Below, piece after piece: positions 15,608 to 24,000 of a DNA stretch of 24,000 bases (position 1 is the stretch's first letter; the number at the start of each line of letters is the position of its first letter). Source of the DNA: Ulvibacterium sp. (GTDB lineage: Bacteria > Bacteroidota > Bacteroidia > Flavobacteriales > Flavobacteriaceae); NCBI RefSeq assembly GCF_965228935.1, contig NZ_OZ245846.1:127537-151536 (forward strand), written 5' to 3'. The translations under genes and the position numbers were made by a program. Under the pieces are notes generated by a model that saw only the letters and a program-made list of their open reading frames with translations, was not told the origin of the DNA and did not search any database.

Positions 15608-18004
15608 ATGGAAACGACAAAGTGTTATCATTGCGGTGACCCTTGTGGCACTACATCCATAAAGTTCGATGAAAAAGACTTTTGCTGCAACGGTTGTAAG
15701 ACTGTATACGAAATTTTTTCTAGCAACGACCTATCCTATTATTACGACCTACAATCGGCTGCTGGGGCCACTCCAAAAGAGGTTGAAGGAAAGTACGATT
15801 TTTTGGATACTGCTGCTATTGTTGAAAGATTAACGGAATTCAACGAAAACAACGTTCAGGTAGTCCGCTTATACATTCCGCACATCCATTGTAGTTCCTG
15901 TATCTGGGTACTGGAGAATTTGAACAAGCTACATCCATCCGTAACCACTGCCCAGGTAGATTTTCCTAAAAAAACGGTTCGCATAACCTATACGACCACC
16001 GATTTTTCCTTAAAAAAACTGGTTGTCCTACTGGCCCGTATCGGGTACGAACCCTACATTTCCCTAGAGGATTACGATAGTGGCAAAAAAAAGGTGGATA
16101 GGAGCCTCATCTATAAACTAGGGGTCGCCGGTTTTGCTTTTGGAAATGTAATGTTCCTTTCCTTTCCGGAATACTTTGATCTACATTTGAACGGAGCGGT
16201 TACCGAGGAATTTTGGCTGGAGCGGTACAAACATCTTTTTCGCTGGTTGATGTTCGTCTTTTCGTTACCCGTAGTATTTTATGCGGGCCAGGACTATTTT
16301 ATATCGGCCTATAAGGGACTGCGGAGTCGGTTGTTAAATATCGATGTGCCCATTGCCCTGGGTATTTTGGTGCTCTTTTTGCGTAGCACCCTGGAAATCA
16401 TTTTCGACTTGGGAAGCGGTTTCTTCGACAGCCTTACGGGACTTGTCTTCTTCCTTTTGCTCGGAAAGTTCTTTCAGCAAAAAACGTATTCCTTTCTTTC
16501 CTTTGAGCGGGATTACAAATCGTATTTCCCCATTGCGATTACCCGAATAAACCCTAACGGAAAGGAGGAATCCGTTCAGGTATATAAAATTAAACGGGGG
16601 GATAGGCTGCTTATTCGGAACCAAGAACTTATTCCGGCAGATGGTATTCTCATCAACGGTGATGCTCAAATAGATTACAGTTTTGTTACCGGCGAATCCG
16701 AACCTGTACGTAAAGTATCCGGGGACAAAATCTTTGCCGGAGGGAAGCAATTGAACGGTGCCATAGAAATGGAGGTTCTAAAATCCGTATCCCAAAGCTA
16801 TCTTACCCAGCTTTGGAGCAATACCGTATTTCAAAAGGATAGACCAAGCAGGTTCAGGACACTTACGGATAGTATCGGAAAACGATTTACATTGGCCGTA
16901 TTGACTATTGCATCCATAGCTACGGCCTTTTGGCTATATTATGATCCCAGCAAGGCCTTGAACGTTTTTACGGCCGTTCTAATCATAGCCTGCCCATGCG
17001 CCATTGCTTTGGCGGCACCATTTACCTTGGGAAACATGTTGCGTATCTTCGGCCGGAAAAAATTCTACCTCAAGGATGCCCAGGCCATAGAACGATTGGC
17101 CATAATCGGCACTGCCATTTTTGATAAGACCGGAACCCTAACCACAACCAAGAGGACTACGGCCAGTTATGAGGGCATGCCCCTAACAGTAGAGGAAGAA
17201 TCCTTATTGAAGAACACGTTGCGGGCCTCCAATCACCCATTAAGCCGTGCCCTGTACGACATACTTGCGGAAAACAACATTGTTCCCCTGGACGAATATG
17301 AGGAACATTTGGGCAAAGGTCTGGAAGGGAGCAAGGATGACAACCATATAAAAATTGGATCGGCAGATTTCGTAGGTGCGGAATCGTCGACAAATGAGTT
17401 GAACACATCCGTATACGTAAGCAGCAATGAGAACTACAAAGGGCGTTACGTTTTCCACAATATGTATCGCGAAGGTGTTCCGGAACTGTTCCGTACCATG
17501 TCCGCAGACTTGAAATTGGCCATTCTCTCGGGGGACAACGAAGGTGAAAAAACACGTTTGGAAAAACTGTTACCTAAATTAGTACCTTTATACTTTGACC
17601 AGAAACCGAAGGACAAGCTGCAATTCATCAAATCCCTGCAAGAGCAAGGCGAAAAAGTGATGATGGTCGGCGACGGACTAAATGATGCAGGGGCCTTGGC
17701 CCAAAGTGACGTAGGCATAGCCATCTCCGAAAATGTAAACGTGTTCTCCCCTGCTTGTGACGGTATCCTGGATGCTACCAAATTCCGGCAGTTATATCAA
17801 TACATACTGGCTTCCAAAAAAGCCATGAAAATAATCAAACTTAGTTTTGTGCTGTCCCTGTTATATAATGTAGTCGGACTTTACTTTGCGGTAACCGGAC
17901 AATTGCAGCCTGTTATTGCGGCCATTTTGATGCCATTGAGCTCAATCAGTATTGTGTTGTTTACAACGGTAATGACGAATCTATTGGGTAAAAAACTAAA
18001 GTAA
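15608..18004 (+). CDS. ccoI: Heavy-metal (Cu) P1B-type ATPase for cbb3 oxidase assembly
   Basis: 798 aa; CYHCGDPCG...FCCNGC, HCSSCIWVLENL metal-binding, CPC in AACPCAIALAAPF, DKTGTLTT, GDGLNDAGALAQSDVG. Confidence 0.93.
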   Translation: METTKCYHCGDPCGTTSIKFDEKDFCCNGCKTVYEIFSSNDLSYYYDLQSAAGATPKEVEGKYDFLDTAAIVERLTEFNENNVQVVRLYIPHIHCSSCIWVLENLNKLHPSVTTAQVDFPKKTVRITYTTTDFSLKKLVVLLARIGYEPYISLEDYDSGKKKVDRSLIYKLGVAGFAFGNVMFLSFPEYFDLHLNGAVTEEFWLERYKHLFRWLMFVFSLPVVFYAGQDYFISAYKGLRSRLLNIDVPIALGILVLFLRSTLEIIFDLGSGFFDSLTGLVFFLLLGKFFQQKTYSFLSFERDYKSYFPIAITRINPNGKEESVQVYKIKRGDRLLIRNQELIPADGILINGDAQIDYSFVTGESEPVRKVSGDKIFAGGKQLNGAIEMEVLKSVSQSYLTQLWSNTVFQKDRPSRFRTLTDSIGKRFTLAVLTIASIATAFWLYYDPSKALNVFTAVLIIACPCAIALAAPFTLGNMLRIFGRKKFYLKDAQAIERLAIIGTAIFDKTGTLTTTKRTTASYEGMPLTVEEESLLKNTLRASNHPLSRALYDILAENNIVPLDEYEEHLGKGLEGSKDDNHIKIGSADFVGAESSTNELNTSVYVSSNENYKGRYVFHNMYREGVPELFRTMSADLKLAILSGDNEGEKTRLEKLLPKLVPLYFDQKPKDKLQFIKSLQEQGEKVMMVGDGLNDAGALAQSDVGIAISENVNVFSPACDGILDATKFRQLYQYILASKKAMKIIKLSFVLSLLYNVVGLYFAVTGQLQPVIAAILMPLSSISIVLFTTVMTNLLGKKLK

Positions 18005-18056
18005 CCCATTCCTCTTTTTGTATAGGTCGGGACAAAAAGAAAAATTAAATTAAAAA

Positions 18057-18070
18057 CTGATAAATATCAT
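18057..18070 (+). promoter_or_regulatory. Candidate FNR/CRP-like site upstream of ccoS
   Basis: CTGATAAATATCAT, 50 nt upstream of the ccoS ATG; core TGAT-N4-ATCA matches the FNR half-site geometry. Confidence 0.65.
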
Positions 18071-18120
18071 TTTCTATGGATAGTGCCCAACTTAGTTTTA
18101 CGCCAGAATTCAGGTAAGGT

Positions 18121-18342
18121 ATGAGTGTTATATATGTATTGTTGACCATTAGCATTGTTGTTGCGGTCATCTTTTTCACAGCGTTTATTGTTTCCGTCAG
18201 GAGTGGTCAGTATGACGATTCCTATACCCCATCGGTACGTATGTTGTTCGAGGATGAATTGGTCAAGACCTCGTCGCTGACAGGAGGTGAAGAATCGAAA
18301 GGTAAACCAAAAGTGGATAAATCAACCGAAATAAATCAATAG
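18121..18342 (+). CDS. ccoS: cbb3-type cytochrome oxidase assembly protein CcoS
   Basis: 73 aa single-TM protein MSVIYVLLTISIVVAVIFFTAFIVSVRSGQYDDSYTPSVRMLFED, located between ccoI and ccoNO. Confidence 0.9.
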   Translation: MSVIYVLLTISIVVAVIFFTAFIVSVRSGQYDDSYTPSVRMLFEDELVKTSSLTGGEESKGKPKVDKSTEINQ

Positions 18343-18347
18343 TTATT

Positions 18348-20549
18348 ATGGAAGTACAGCAGTTTTATTACGATAATAAAATCGTAAAAAAATTCCTCTA
18401 TGCGACGATGTTGTGGGGGATTGTAGGTTTTCTGGTAGGACTGATATTGGCCTTTATGTTCCTATTCCCCAACTTGACCGATGGCATCTCCTGGTTAAGT
18501 TTTGGTCGTTTGCGGCCATTACATACCAATGCGGTAATCTTTGCCTTTGTGGGGAACGCCATTTTCGCAGGGGTCTACTACTCTACCCAACGTTTGCTCA
18601 AGGCACGGATGTTCAGTGATTTTCTGAGTAATTTTAATTTTTGGGGATGGCAATTGATTATTGTGGCCGCCGCAATAACCCTTCCTTTGGGATATACCAC
18701 CTCCAAGGAATATGCCGAGTTGGAATGGCCCATAGATATTGCCATTGCACTGGTCTGGGTCACTTTTGGTGTGAACCTAATTGGAACCATGATCAAAAGG
18801 AGGCAGCGCCATCTTTATGTAGCCATTTGGTTCTATGTGGCCACCTTCGTAACTGTTGCCGTACTACATATTTTCAATAGCCTAGAGCTTCCCATAAGCG
18901 CCTTAAAAAGCTATTCCGTTTATGCCGGGGTTCAGGATGCCCTGGTGCAATGGTGGTATGGACACAATGCCGTTGCCTTTTTCTTGACTACCCCGTTCCT
19001 CGGACTTATGTATTACTTTGTACCCAAGGCCGCGAACAGACCCATCTATTCCTATAGACTGTCCATAGTGCACTTCTGGTCCTTGATATTTATCTATATC
19101 TGGGCAGGACCGCACCACTTGTTGTATTCAGCCTTGCCAGATTGGGCACAGAATCTAGGTGTCGCCTTTTCCGTAATGTTGATCGCTCCTTCCTGGGGAG
19201 GTATGATCAACGGATTGTTGACCCTACGTGGAGCATGGGACAAGGTACGGACCGACCCCACACTTAAATTCATGGTCGTGGCGATCACCGGTTATGGTAT
19301 GGCCACATTTGAGGGGCCCATGCTATCCCTGAAGAACGTAAATGCCATCGCCCATTTTAGTGACTGGATCATTGCCCATGTCCATGTTGGCGCATTGGCC
19401 TGGAACGGCTTCCTGACCTTTGGCATGATTTATTGGTTGGTTCCCAAAATGTTCAAGACACGATTGCATTCCACCCCCTTGGCCAATTTCCATTTCTGGA
19501 TAGGCACCTTGGGCATCATTCTATATGCATTGCCCATGTACGTAGCCGGATTTACCCAGGCGTTGATGTGGAAAGACTTTAATCCGGATGGTACATTGGT
19601 CTACGGAAACTTCTTGGAGACCGTAAACGAAATCATTCCCATGTACTGGATGCGTGCCATTGGAGGTACCCTTTACCTTGTCGGGGCCGTTGTAATGGTG
19701 TATAACGTAGTCGTAACCATTAAATCAGGTAGCAAGGTAGAGGATGAGCTTGCCGAGGCAGCCGCCCTGACAAGGGTTTCCAAAAGGAGGACCGCAGGCG
19801 AGACCTTCCATACCTGGTTGGAGCGTAAACCCATACAATTGACCATCTTGGCCACAGTAGCCATTTTAATAGGGGGTATTATCCAGATTGTCCCTACCAT
19901 TTTGGTAAAATCGAATATCCCCACTATTACCAGTGTAAAACCGTATACCCCTTTGGAATTGGAAGGTAGGGACCTTTATATTCGAGAAGGATGTGTGGGC
20001 TGTCATTCGCAGATGATCCGTCCTTTCCGAAGTGAGGTGGAACGTTACGGCGAATATGCCAAGGCAGGGGAATTCGTTTATGACCACCCCTTCCTCTGGG
20101 GTAGTAAACGGACCGGACCGGATTTACTTCGTGTCGGCGGAAAATATTCGGATAACTGGCACTTTAACCATATGTACGATCCCCAAACCACCTCATCGGG
20201 ATCTATAATGCCCGCTTACCGATGGCTTATAAATAACGAACATGACCGTAGTGCGATACAGGATAAAATGGAGGCTATGGTTAGCTTAGGGGTACCGTAC
20301 TCCGAAGAGGATATTGCCAATGCTCCGCAAGCCATGGAAGAACAGGCGAGCCAAATCGAAAAGAATCTATATTCCGATCCAGATTTTGTAGCAAGCTATG
20401 AAGCGTCCAAAAAGCGTGCACAGGAAAACGGGCAGGAATTTATAGAAATGAAAGATCGTGAAATTGTTGCCATGATCGCCTATCTGCAAAGATTGGGTAC
20501 GGACATCAAAGTTAAGGACACTGACGGATTACTCTCAGAAAACAAATAA
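18348..20549 (+). CDS. ccoNO: cbb3-type cytochrome c oxidase, fused subunits I and II (CcoN-CcoO)
   Basis: 733 aa; N-terminal catalytic subunit (VQWWYGHNAVAFFLTTPFLGLMYYFVPKAA, WAGPHHLLYSALPDW, HVHVGALAWNGFLTFGMIYWLVPK), C-terminal CcoO with LYIREGCVGCHSQMIRPFRSEVERYGEYAKAGEFVYDHPFLWGSKRTGPDLLRVGGKY (one CxxCH heme c site). Confidence 0.95.
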   Translation: MEVQQFYYDNKIVKKFLYATMLWGIVGFLVGLILAFMFLFPNLTDGISWLSFGRLRPLHTNAVIFAFVGNAIFAGVYYSTQRLLKARMFSDFLSNFNFWGWQLIIVAAAITLPLGYTTSKEYAELEWPIDIAIALVWVTFGVNLIGTMIKRRQRHLYVAIWFYVATFVTVAVLHIFNSLELPISALKSYSVYAGVQDALVQWWYGHNAVAFFLTTPFLGLMYYFVPKAANRPIYSYRLSIVHFWSLIFIYIWAGPHHLLYSALPDWAQNLGVAFSVMLIAPSWGGMINGLLTLRGAWDKVRTDPTLKFMVVAITGYGMATFEGPMLSLKNVNAIAHFSDWIIAHVHVGALAWNGFLTFGMIYWLVPKMFKTRLHSTPLANFHFWIGTLGIILYALPMYVAGFTQALMWKDFNPDGTLVYGNFLETVNEIIPMYWMRAIGGTLYLVGAVVMVYNVVVTIKSGSKVEDELAEAAALTRVSKRRTAGETFHTWLERKPIQLTILATVAILIGGIIQIVPTILVKSNIPTITSVKPYTPLELEGRDLYIREGCVGCHSQMIRPFRSEVERYGEYAKAGEFVYDHPFLWGSKRTGPDLLRVGGKYSDNWHFNHMYDPQTTSSGSIMPAYRWLINNEHDRSAIQDKMEAMVSLGVPYSEEDIANAPQAMEEQASQIEKNLYSDPDFVASYEASKKRAQENGQEFIEMKDREIVAMIAYLQRLGTDIKVKDTDGLLSENK

Positions 20550-20555
20550 AAGGCC

Positions 20556-20750
20556 ATGTTGAAATTTGTAAAAAACCATATGGAAAGTATAGAGGGCATC
20601 GCCACCTATCCCATGATATCACTGCTTATCTTCTTTGTCTTTTTTGCCTTGCTCTTCTGGTGGGTATTTACCGCAGGAAAGGACTATATCAAAGAGGTTA
20701 GCGAACTGCCCTTGGAAAAAGATAATCAACCTAAAGAAGAAGTATTATGA
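20556..20750 (+). CDS. ccoQ: CcoQ-like cbb3 oxidase subunit
   Basis: 64 aa; single TM then acidic tail; position between ccoNO and ccoP; stop overlaps ccoP start (ATGA). Confidence 0.75.
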   Translation: MLKFVKNHMESIEGIATYPMISLLIFFVFFALLFWWVFTAGKDYIKEVSELPLEKDNQPKEEVL

Positions 20751-21703
20751 GAAATATGTCACCCTGGTGGATACGGATCCCCGTAGTTTTTTTCCTCATT
20801 TTTGGATTGATGGAATATTTCATCGATTCCGGGGATAAACCAGCAATTATTGAATATCCCATTACCCAGTTCTTTATGCTGATGGTGTTGCTGATCTTGA
20901 TCGGGATAGAATTGATACTTCAATCCATAGAAAATGTAATGTTCCAAACCCTTACAGAGGAAGCCAAGGAACGCTATCTTGAGGCGAAAGCCAAAAGATG
21001 GGAGTGGAAATGGGGTAAAAAAATGTACCAAAAATCATTGGGCTCCAAACCTATAGAGGCCGAAGGCGAAATTATCCTGGACCATAACTATGATGGTATC
21101 CGGGAGTTGGACAATAAATTACCGCCCTGGTGGGTCTGGATGTTTTATGCCACTATTATTTTTGGTGTAGTATACCTTGCCCGTTTTCATGTTTTTGGGG
21201 ATTACACCCAGGATGAGGAATATACCACAGAGGTAGCCTTGGCCGAGGCCCAAATAGAGGAGTACAAGAAAACCGCAAAGGATTTGGTGGATGTCAATAC
21301 AGTGGAGCTTTTGACGGATGCCTCGGATCTAAGTGCAGGGAAGGCCATTTTTGAGACCAATTGTGTGGCTTGCCATATGGCAGACGGTGGCGGAGGTATC
21401 GGCCCCAATTTAACTGACGCCAATTGGATTCTAGGAGGAGGTATCAAAAATGTGTTCAATACCATTTCCGAAGGAGGACGGGATGGCAAAGGTATGGTGG
21501 CCTGGAAGAATGTGCTCAAACCTGCGGAAATGGCCCAGGTAGCCAGCTATTTATTGACCTTCCAAGGGACAACGCCGGCAAATCCAAAAGCTCCGGAAGG
21601 GGATATTTGGGTAGACCCGGATGCCCCGACCATGGAAATTCCGGAACAGCCAAAAGACTCTGTAGCTATAGAAACGGACTCGACAACGGTGGCCATCAAT
21701 TAA
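20747..21703 (+). CDS. ccoP: cbb3-type oxidase subunit III (CcoP), apparently mono-heme
   Basis: 318 aa; LDNKLPPWWVWMFYATIIFGVVYLARFHVFGDYT typical of CcoP; single CxxCH motif (CVACH at 21362-21376). Confidence 0.92.
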   Translation: MRNMSPWWIRIPVVFFLIFGLMEYFIDSGDKPAIIEYPITQFFMLMVLLILIGIELILQSIENVMFQTLTEEAKERYLEAKAKRWEWKWGKKMYQKSLGSKPIEAEGEIILDHNYDGIRELDNKLPPWWVWMFYATIIFGVVYLARFHVFGDYTQDEEYTTEVALAEAQIEEYKKTAKDLVDVNTVELLTDASDLSAGKAIFETNCVACHMADGGGGIGPNLTDANWILGGGIKNVFNTISEGGRDGKGMVAWKNVLKPAEMAQVASYLLTFQGTTPANPKAPEGDIWVDPDAPTMEIPEQPKDSVAIETDSTTVAIN

Positions 21704-21806
21704 GAGGTATTTCAAGTTCTAAGGACACAAGAGAAGTATGAATTTCCCCCGAATGAGATTCTCCCGAATACTGGAGAAATGAAACCGGGTTTGAAAGCGG
21801 TGTAAA

Positions 21807-23225
21807 ATGGCACAGGACCAGGAAAATTTTAGGGACAGCATAGGCACCATCAATGAAGAAGGCAAGCGGGCCTGGATATATCCAAAAAAGCCAAGTGGAA
21901 AGTTCTATGCCTATCGCAAATACGTAAGTTATTTTCTGTTGGCCTTTTTGTTTGCCTCGCCGTTTATCAAGATTGATGGTAATCAGTTTTTGATGTTCAA
22001 TGTACTGGAACGCCGTTTTAATATTTTTGGTTTTCCTTTTTGGCCGCAGGACTTTCATCTGTTTGTGATTTCGATGATTATCGGGGTCATATTCATTGCC
22101 CTGTTCACGGTAGCCTTTGGCCGTATTTTCTGTGGATGGATGTGTCCACAGACTATTTTTATGGAAATGGTTTTCCGTCGTATCGAATACTGGATCGATG
22201 GCGACCGTGGTGCCCAGATAAGATTGGATAGACAGCCATGGAATGGCGAAAAGATTAGGAAACGGGTCTTAAAATGGACTGTTTTTTTCCTGATATCCTT
22301 TCTCATAGCCAATGTTTTTTTGGCATATCTTATTGGAAGTGATAGATTGATACAGTACATAACCGATGGCCCTTTGCAACATGTAAGTACATTGGTTTCA
22401 TTATTGATCTTTACAGCGGTCTTTTATTTTGTATTTGCTTGGTTTCGGGAACAGGTCTGTATCATCGCTTGTCCGTATGGAAGGATGCAAGGGGTATTAC
22501 TGGACAATAAATCCATTGTAGTGGCCTATGACCATAAACGCGGAGAGGCCGAAAACGGACGAAAAAAATGGCGTAAGAACGAAGATCGGAAAGCGCTGGG
22601 CCATGGGGATTGTATAGACTGCAACCAATGCGTGGTGGTGTGTCCCACCGGAATAGACATTAGAAACGGAACACAGTTGGAATGCGTTAACTGCACGGCC
22701 TGTATCGATGAATGCGATACCATCATGGAGAAGGTAAACCTTCCCAAGGGTCTTATCCGGTATGCCAGTGAGGATGAAATCGTAAAAAAGGAAAAATTCA
22801 AATTCAATCCAAGGTTAAAAGGATATACCGCGGTATTGACAATTTTGACCGGGGTATTGATCGGGATGCTCTTTTTGAGAAACGATTTGGAAGCGAACAT
22901 TCTGCGGTTACCGGGGCAGCTGTACGAGCGAAAGGACAATAATATCATCAGTAATGTGTATACCTATAAATTGGTAAACAAGACTACAAAGAGTATCGGC
23001 GACGTAAGTTTTAAACTTTTATCGCATCAAGGAAAAATAGAACTGGTACGGCATGAGAATTTTGAGGTTCCGGCGCAGGATTTGGCGGAAGGCACATTGT
23101 TTATCGAAATAAACAATGCGGCCCTGGAAGGTGACAAGGACAAGTTGAAAATTGGTGTTTACAGTGGGAGCGAACTTATCGAAACCACGACGGCCCGTTT
23201 TTTGGCGCCGAGGAGCTATAACTAA
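21807..23225 (+). CDS. ccoG: cbb3 oxidase accessory ferredoxin-like protein CcoG/RdxA
   Basis: 472 aa; FGRIFCGWMCPQTIFMEMVFRRIEYWIDGD, CIDCNQCVVVCPTGIDIRNGTQLECVNCTACIDECD (two 4Fe-4S motifs). Confidence 0.94.
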   Translation: MAQDQENFRDSIGTINEEGKRAWIYPKKPSGKFYAYRKYVSYFLLAFLFASPFIKIDGNQFLMFNVLERRFNIFGFPFWPQDFHLFVISMIIGVIFIALFTVAFGRIFCGWMCPQTIFMEMVFRRIEYWIDGDRGAQIRLDRQPWNGEKIRKRVLKWTVFFLISFLIANVFLAYLIGSDRLIQYITDGPLQHVSTLVSLLIFTAVFYFVFAWFREQVCIIACPYGRMQGVLLDNKSIVVAYDHKRGEAENGRKKWRKNEDRKALGHGDCIDCNQCVVVCPTGIDIRNGTQLECVNCTACIDECDTIMEKVNLPKGLIRYASEDEIVKKEKFKFNPRLKGYTAVLTILTGVLIGMLFLRNDLEANILRLPGQLYERKDNNIISNVYTYKLVNKTTKSIGDVSFKLLSHQGKIELVRHENFEVPAQDLAEGTLFIEINNAALEGDKDKLKIGVYSGSELIETTTARFLAPRSYN

Positions 23226-23250
23226 AATGATTCGGTAAAAAATATCGACT

Positions 23251-23697
23251 ATGAAAATTAATTGGGGAACAGGTATAGTATTGGCATTTGTAGGATTCAT
23301 TGGGTTCATCCTATTTTTTGTAGTACGGATGAGTATGGACAATAAGGCCAACCATGACCTGGTTACCGAGGAGTATTACAAACAGGAACTGGCCTATCAA
23401 AAAGAGATCGATGCCGAGGCCAATGCCAAAAACTTGACCGACCCGATCAAGATAGAAAAAACGAACAAGGGCCTTTTATTGAAGTTTCCAAAAAATCTGG
23501 AAGGACAAAATATACAAGGAACAGTGTCCCTATATAGACCATCCAATAAACACCTGGATTTTAACTTACCCGTAAGTTTATCCAATGCACATTTGCTCAT
23601 ACCTGACAAACGTTTGTTGGGTGGTCGCTGGGACATTAAGATTATTTGGGAACATGAAGGAAAAGAATTTTTGCACAAGGAAAGTATAACGTATTAG
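23251..23697 (+). CDS. ccoH: FixH/CcoH family protein
   Basis: 148 aa; MKINWGTGIVLAFVGFIGFILFFVVRMSMDNKANHDLVTEEYYKQELAYQKEIDAEANA, position after ccoG. Confidence 0.88.
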   Translation: MKINWGTGIVLAFVGFIGFILFFVVRMSMDNKANHDLVTEEYYKQELAYQKEIDAEANAKNLTDPIKIEKTNKGLLLKFPKNLEGQNIQGTVSLYRPSNKHLDFNLPVSLSNAHLLIPDKRLLGGRWDIKIIWEHEGKEFLHKESITY

Positions 23698-23780
23698 ATA
23701 TTAGACATGAGACGTTAGATTTTAGATACTTGGATGCAGAATTCAGCTCATCTTATACCTTACGTCTCATATCTCAAGTC
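23697..23780. repeat. Imperfect inverted repeat between ccoH and the SafE/TauE gene
   Basis: Left arm GATATTAGACATGAGACGTTAGAT (23697-23720); reverse complement of 23757-23780 is GACTTGAGATATGAGACGTAAGGT; 18 of 24 positions match. Confidence 0.5.
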
Positions 23781-23792
23781 TTAAACTAAGAA

Positions 23793-24000
23793 ATGTTGTT
23801 ATCGGCCATCATATTGGGACTTATGGGCAGCTTGCACTGTATAGGGATGTGCGGCCCCATTGCCTTCATGTTGCCGGTAGACAGGAACAACAATCTTAAA
23901 AAGCTTCTTCAGGTATCCATCTATCATTTTGGCAGATTACTTTCCTACGCCCTTATCGGTCTGGTGTTTGGGTTATTGGGTAAGGGACTCTATATCTTTG
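23793..24000 (+). CDS. Sulfite exporter TauE/SafE-like (cbb3 maturation-associated) membrane protein, partial
   Basis: Manual translation: MLLSAIILGLMGSLHCIGMCGPIAFMLPVDRNNNLKKLLQVSIYHFGRLLSYALIGLVFGLLGKGLYIF..., running off the right edge. Confidence 0.85.
   Translation, partial: MLLSAIILGLMGSLHCIGMCGPIAFMLPVDRNNNLKKLLQVSIYHFGRLLSYALIGLVFGLLGKGLYIF

Noticed and set aside
16334-16750. 138-aa minus-strand ORF inside ccoI
   Set aside because: Antisense shadow of a strongly supported P-type ATPase; no family signal.
17157-17555. 132-aa minus-strand Cys-rich ORF inside ccoI
   Set aside because: Composition arises from antisense reading of the ATPase; no motif spacing consistent with metal-binding domains.
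21424-21741. 105-aa plus-strand ORF overlapping the ccoP 3' end
   Set aside because: Out-of-frame reading of ccoP; the heme motif and CcoP family signature lie in the other frame.
21759-21778. TTCTCC-N8-GGAGAA dyad between ccoP and ccoG as a terminator
   Set aside because: Only a 6-bp stem with an 8-nt loop and no T-tract; weak, recorded only as a possible intra-operon structure.
22526-22948. 140-aa minus-strand ORF inside ccoG
   Set aside because: Antisense to the ferredoxin-domain region; no independent evidence.
1-24000. Possible novel defence or antiphage island
   Set aside because: All substantial ORFs fall into metabolic, respiratory, stress or regulatory families. No nuclease, helicase, toxin-antitoxin or restriction modules were recognised. 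The single mobile element is a small RAYT-type unit.
1-24000. tRNA, rRNA or known riboswitches
   Set aside because: No cloverleaf-like or rRNA-like sequence was noticed in the intergenic regions, which are mostly under 400 bp; a computational scan (tRNAscan-SE, Rfam) was not possible here.

Overview
The window is a compact chromosomal segment from a member of the Bacteroidota, most likely Flavobacteriaceae, inferred from gene content and style. From left to right it contains: (1) a BlaR1-like M56 peptidase (partial) and BlaI/MecI-type repressor pair, divergent from a DUF456-like membrane protein and a class-C-like serine hydrolase; (2) a nitroreductase; (3) a histidine-utilisation cluster hutH-hutI-hutU-hutG, split between hutU and hutG by a small HUH/Y1 (IS200-like, RAYT-type) transposase with hairpin-rich flanks; (4) homogentisate dioxygenase and type II NADH dehydrogenase; (5) a tandem universal stress protein and a Crp/Fnr regulator; (6) a cbb3-type oxidase cluster, ccoI-ccoS-ccoNO(fused)-ccoQ-ccoP-ccoG-ccoH-(SafE/TauE, partial). 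I found no convincing new defence system, CRISPR array or RNA gene. The observations most worth checking are non-coding: three copies of AACTAA-N4-TTAGTT upstream of the BlaI-like gene; three copies of a 14-bp FNR/CRP-like dyad CTGAYAWWTATCAT, each 50-55 nt upstream of the uspA-like gene, ccoI and ccoS and all around the local Crp/Fnr gene; and repeat modules with a compensatory base-pair change flanking the transposase inside the hut operon.
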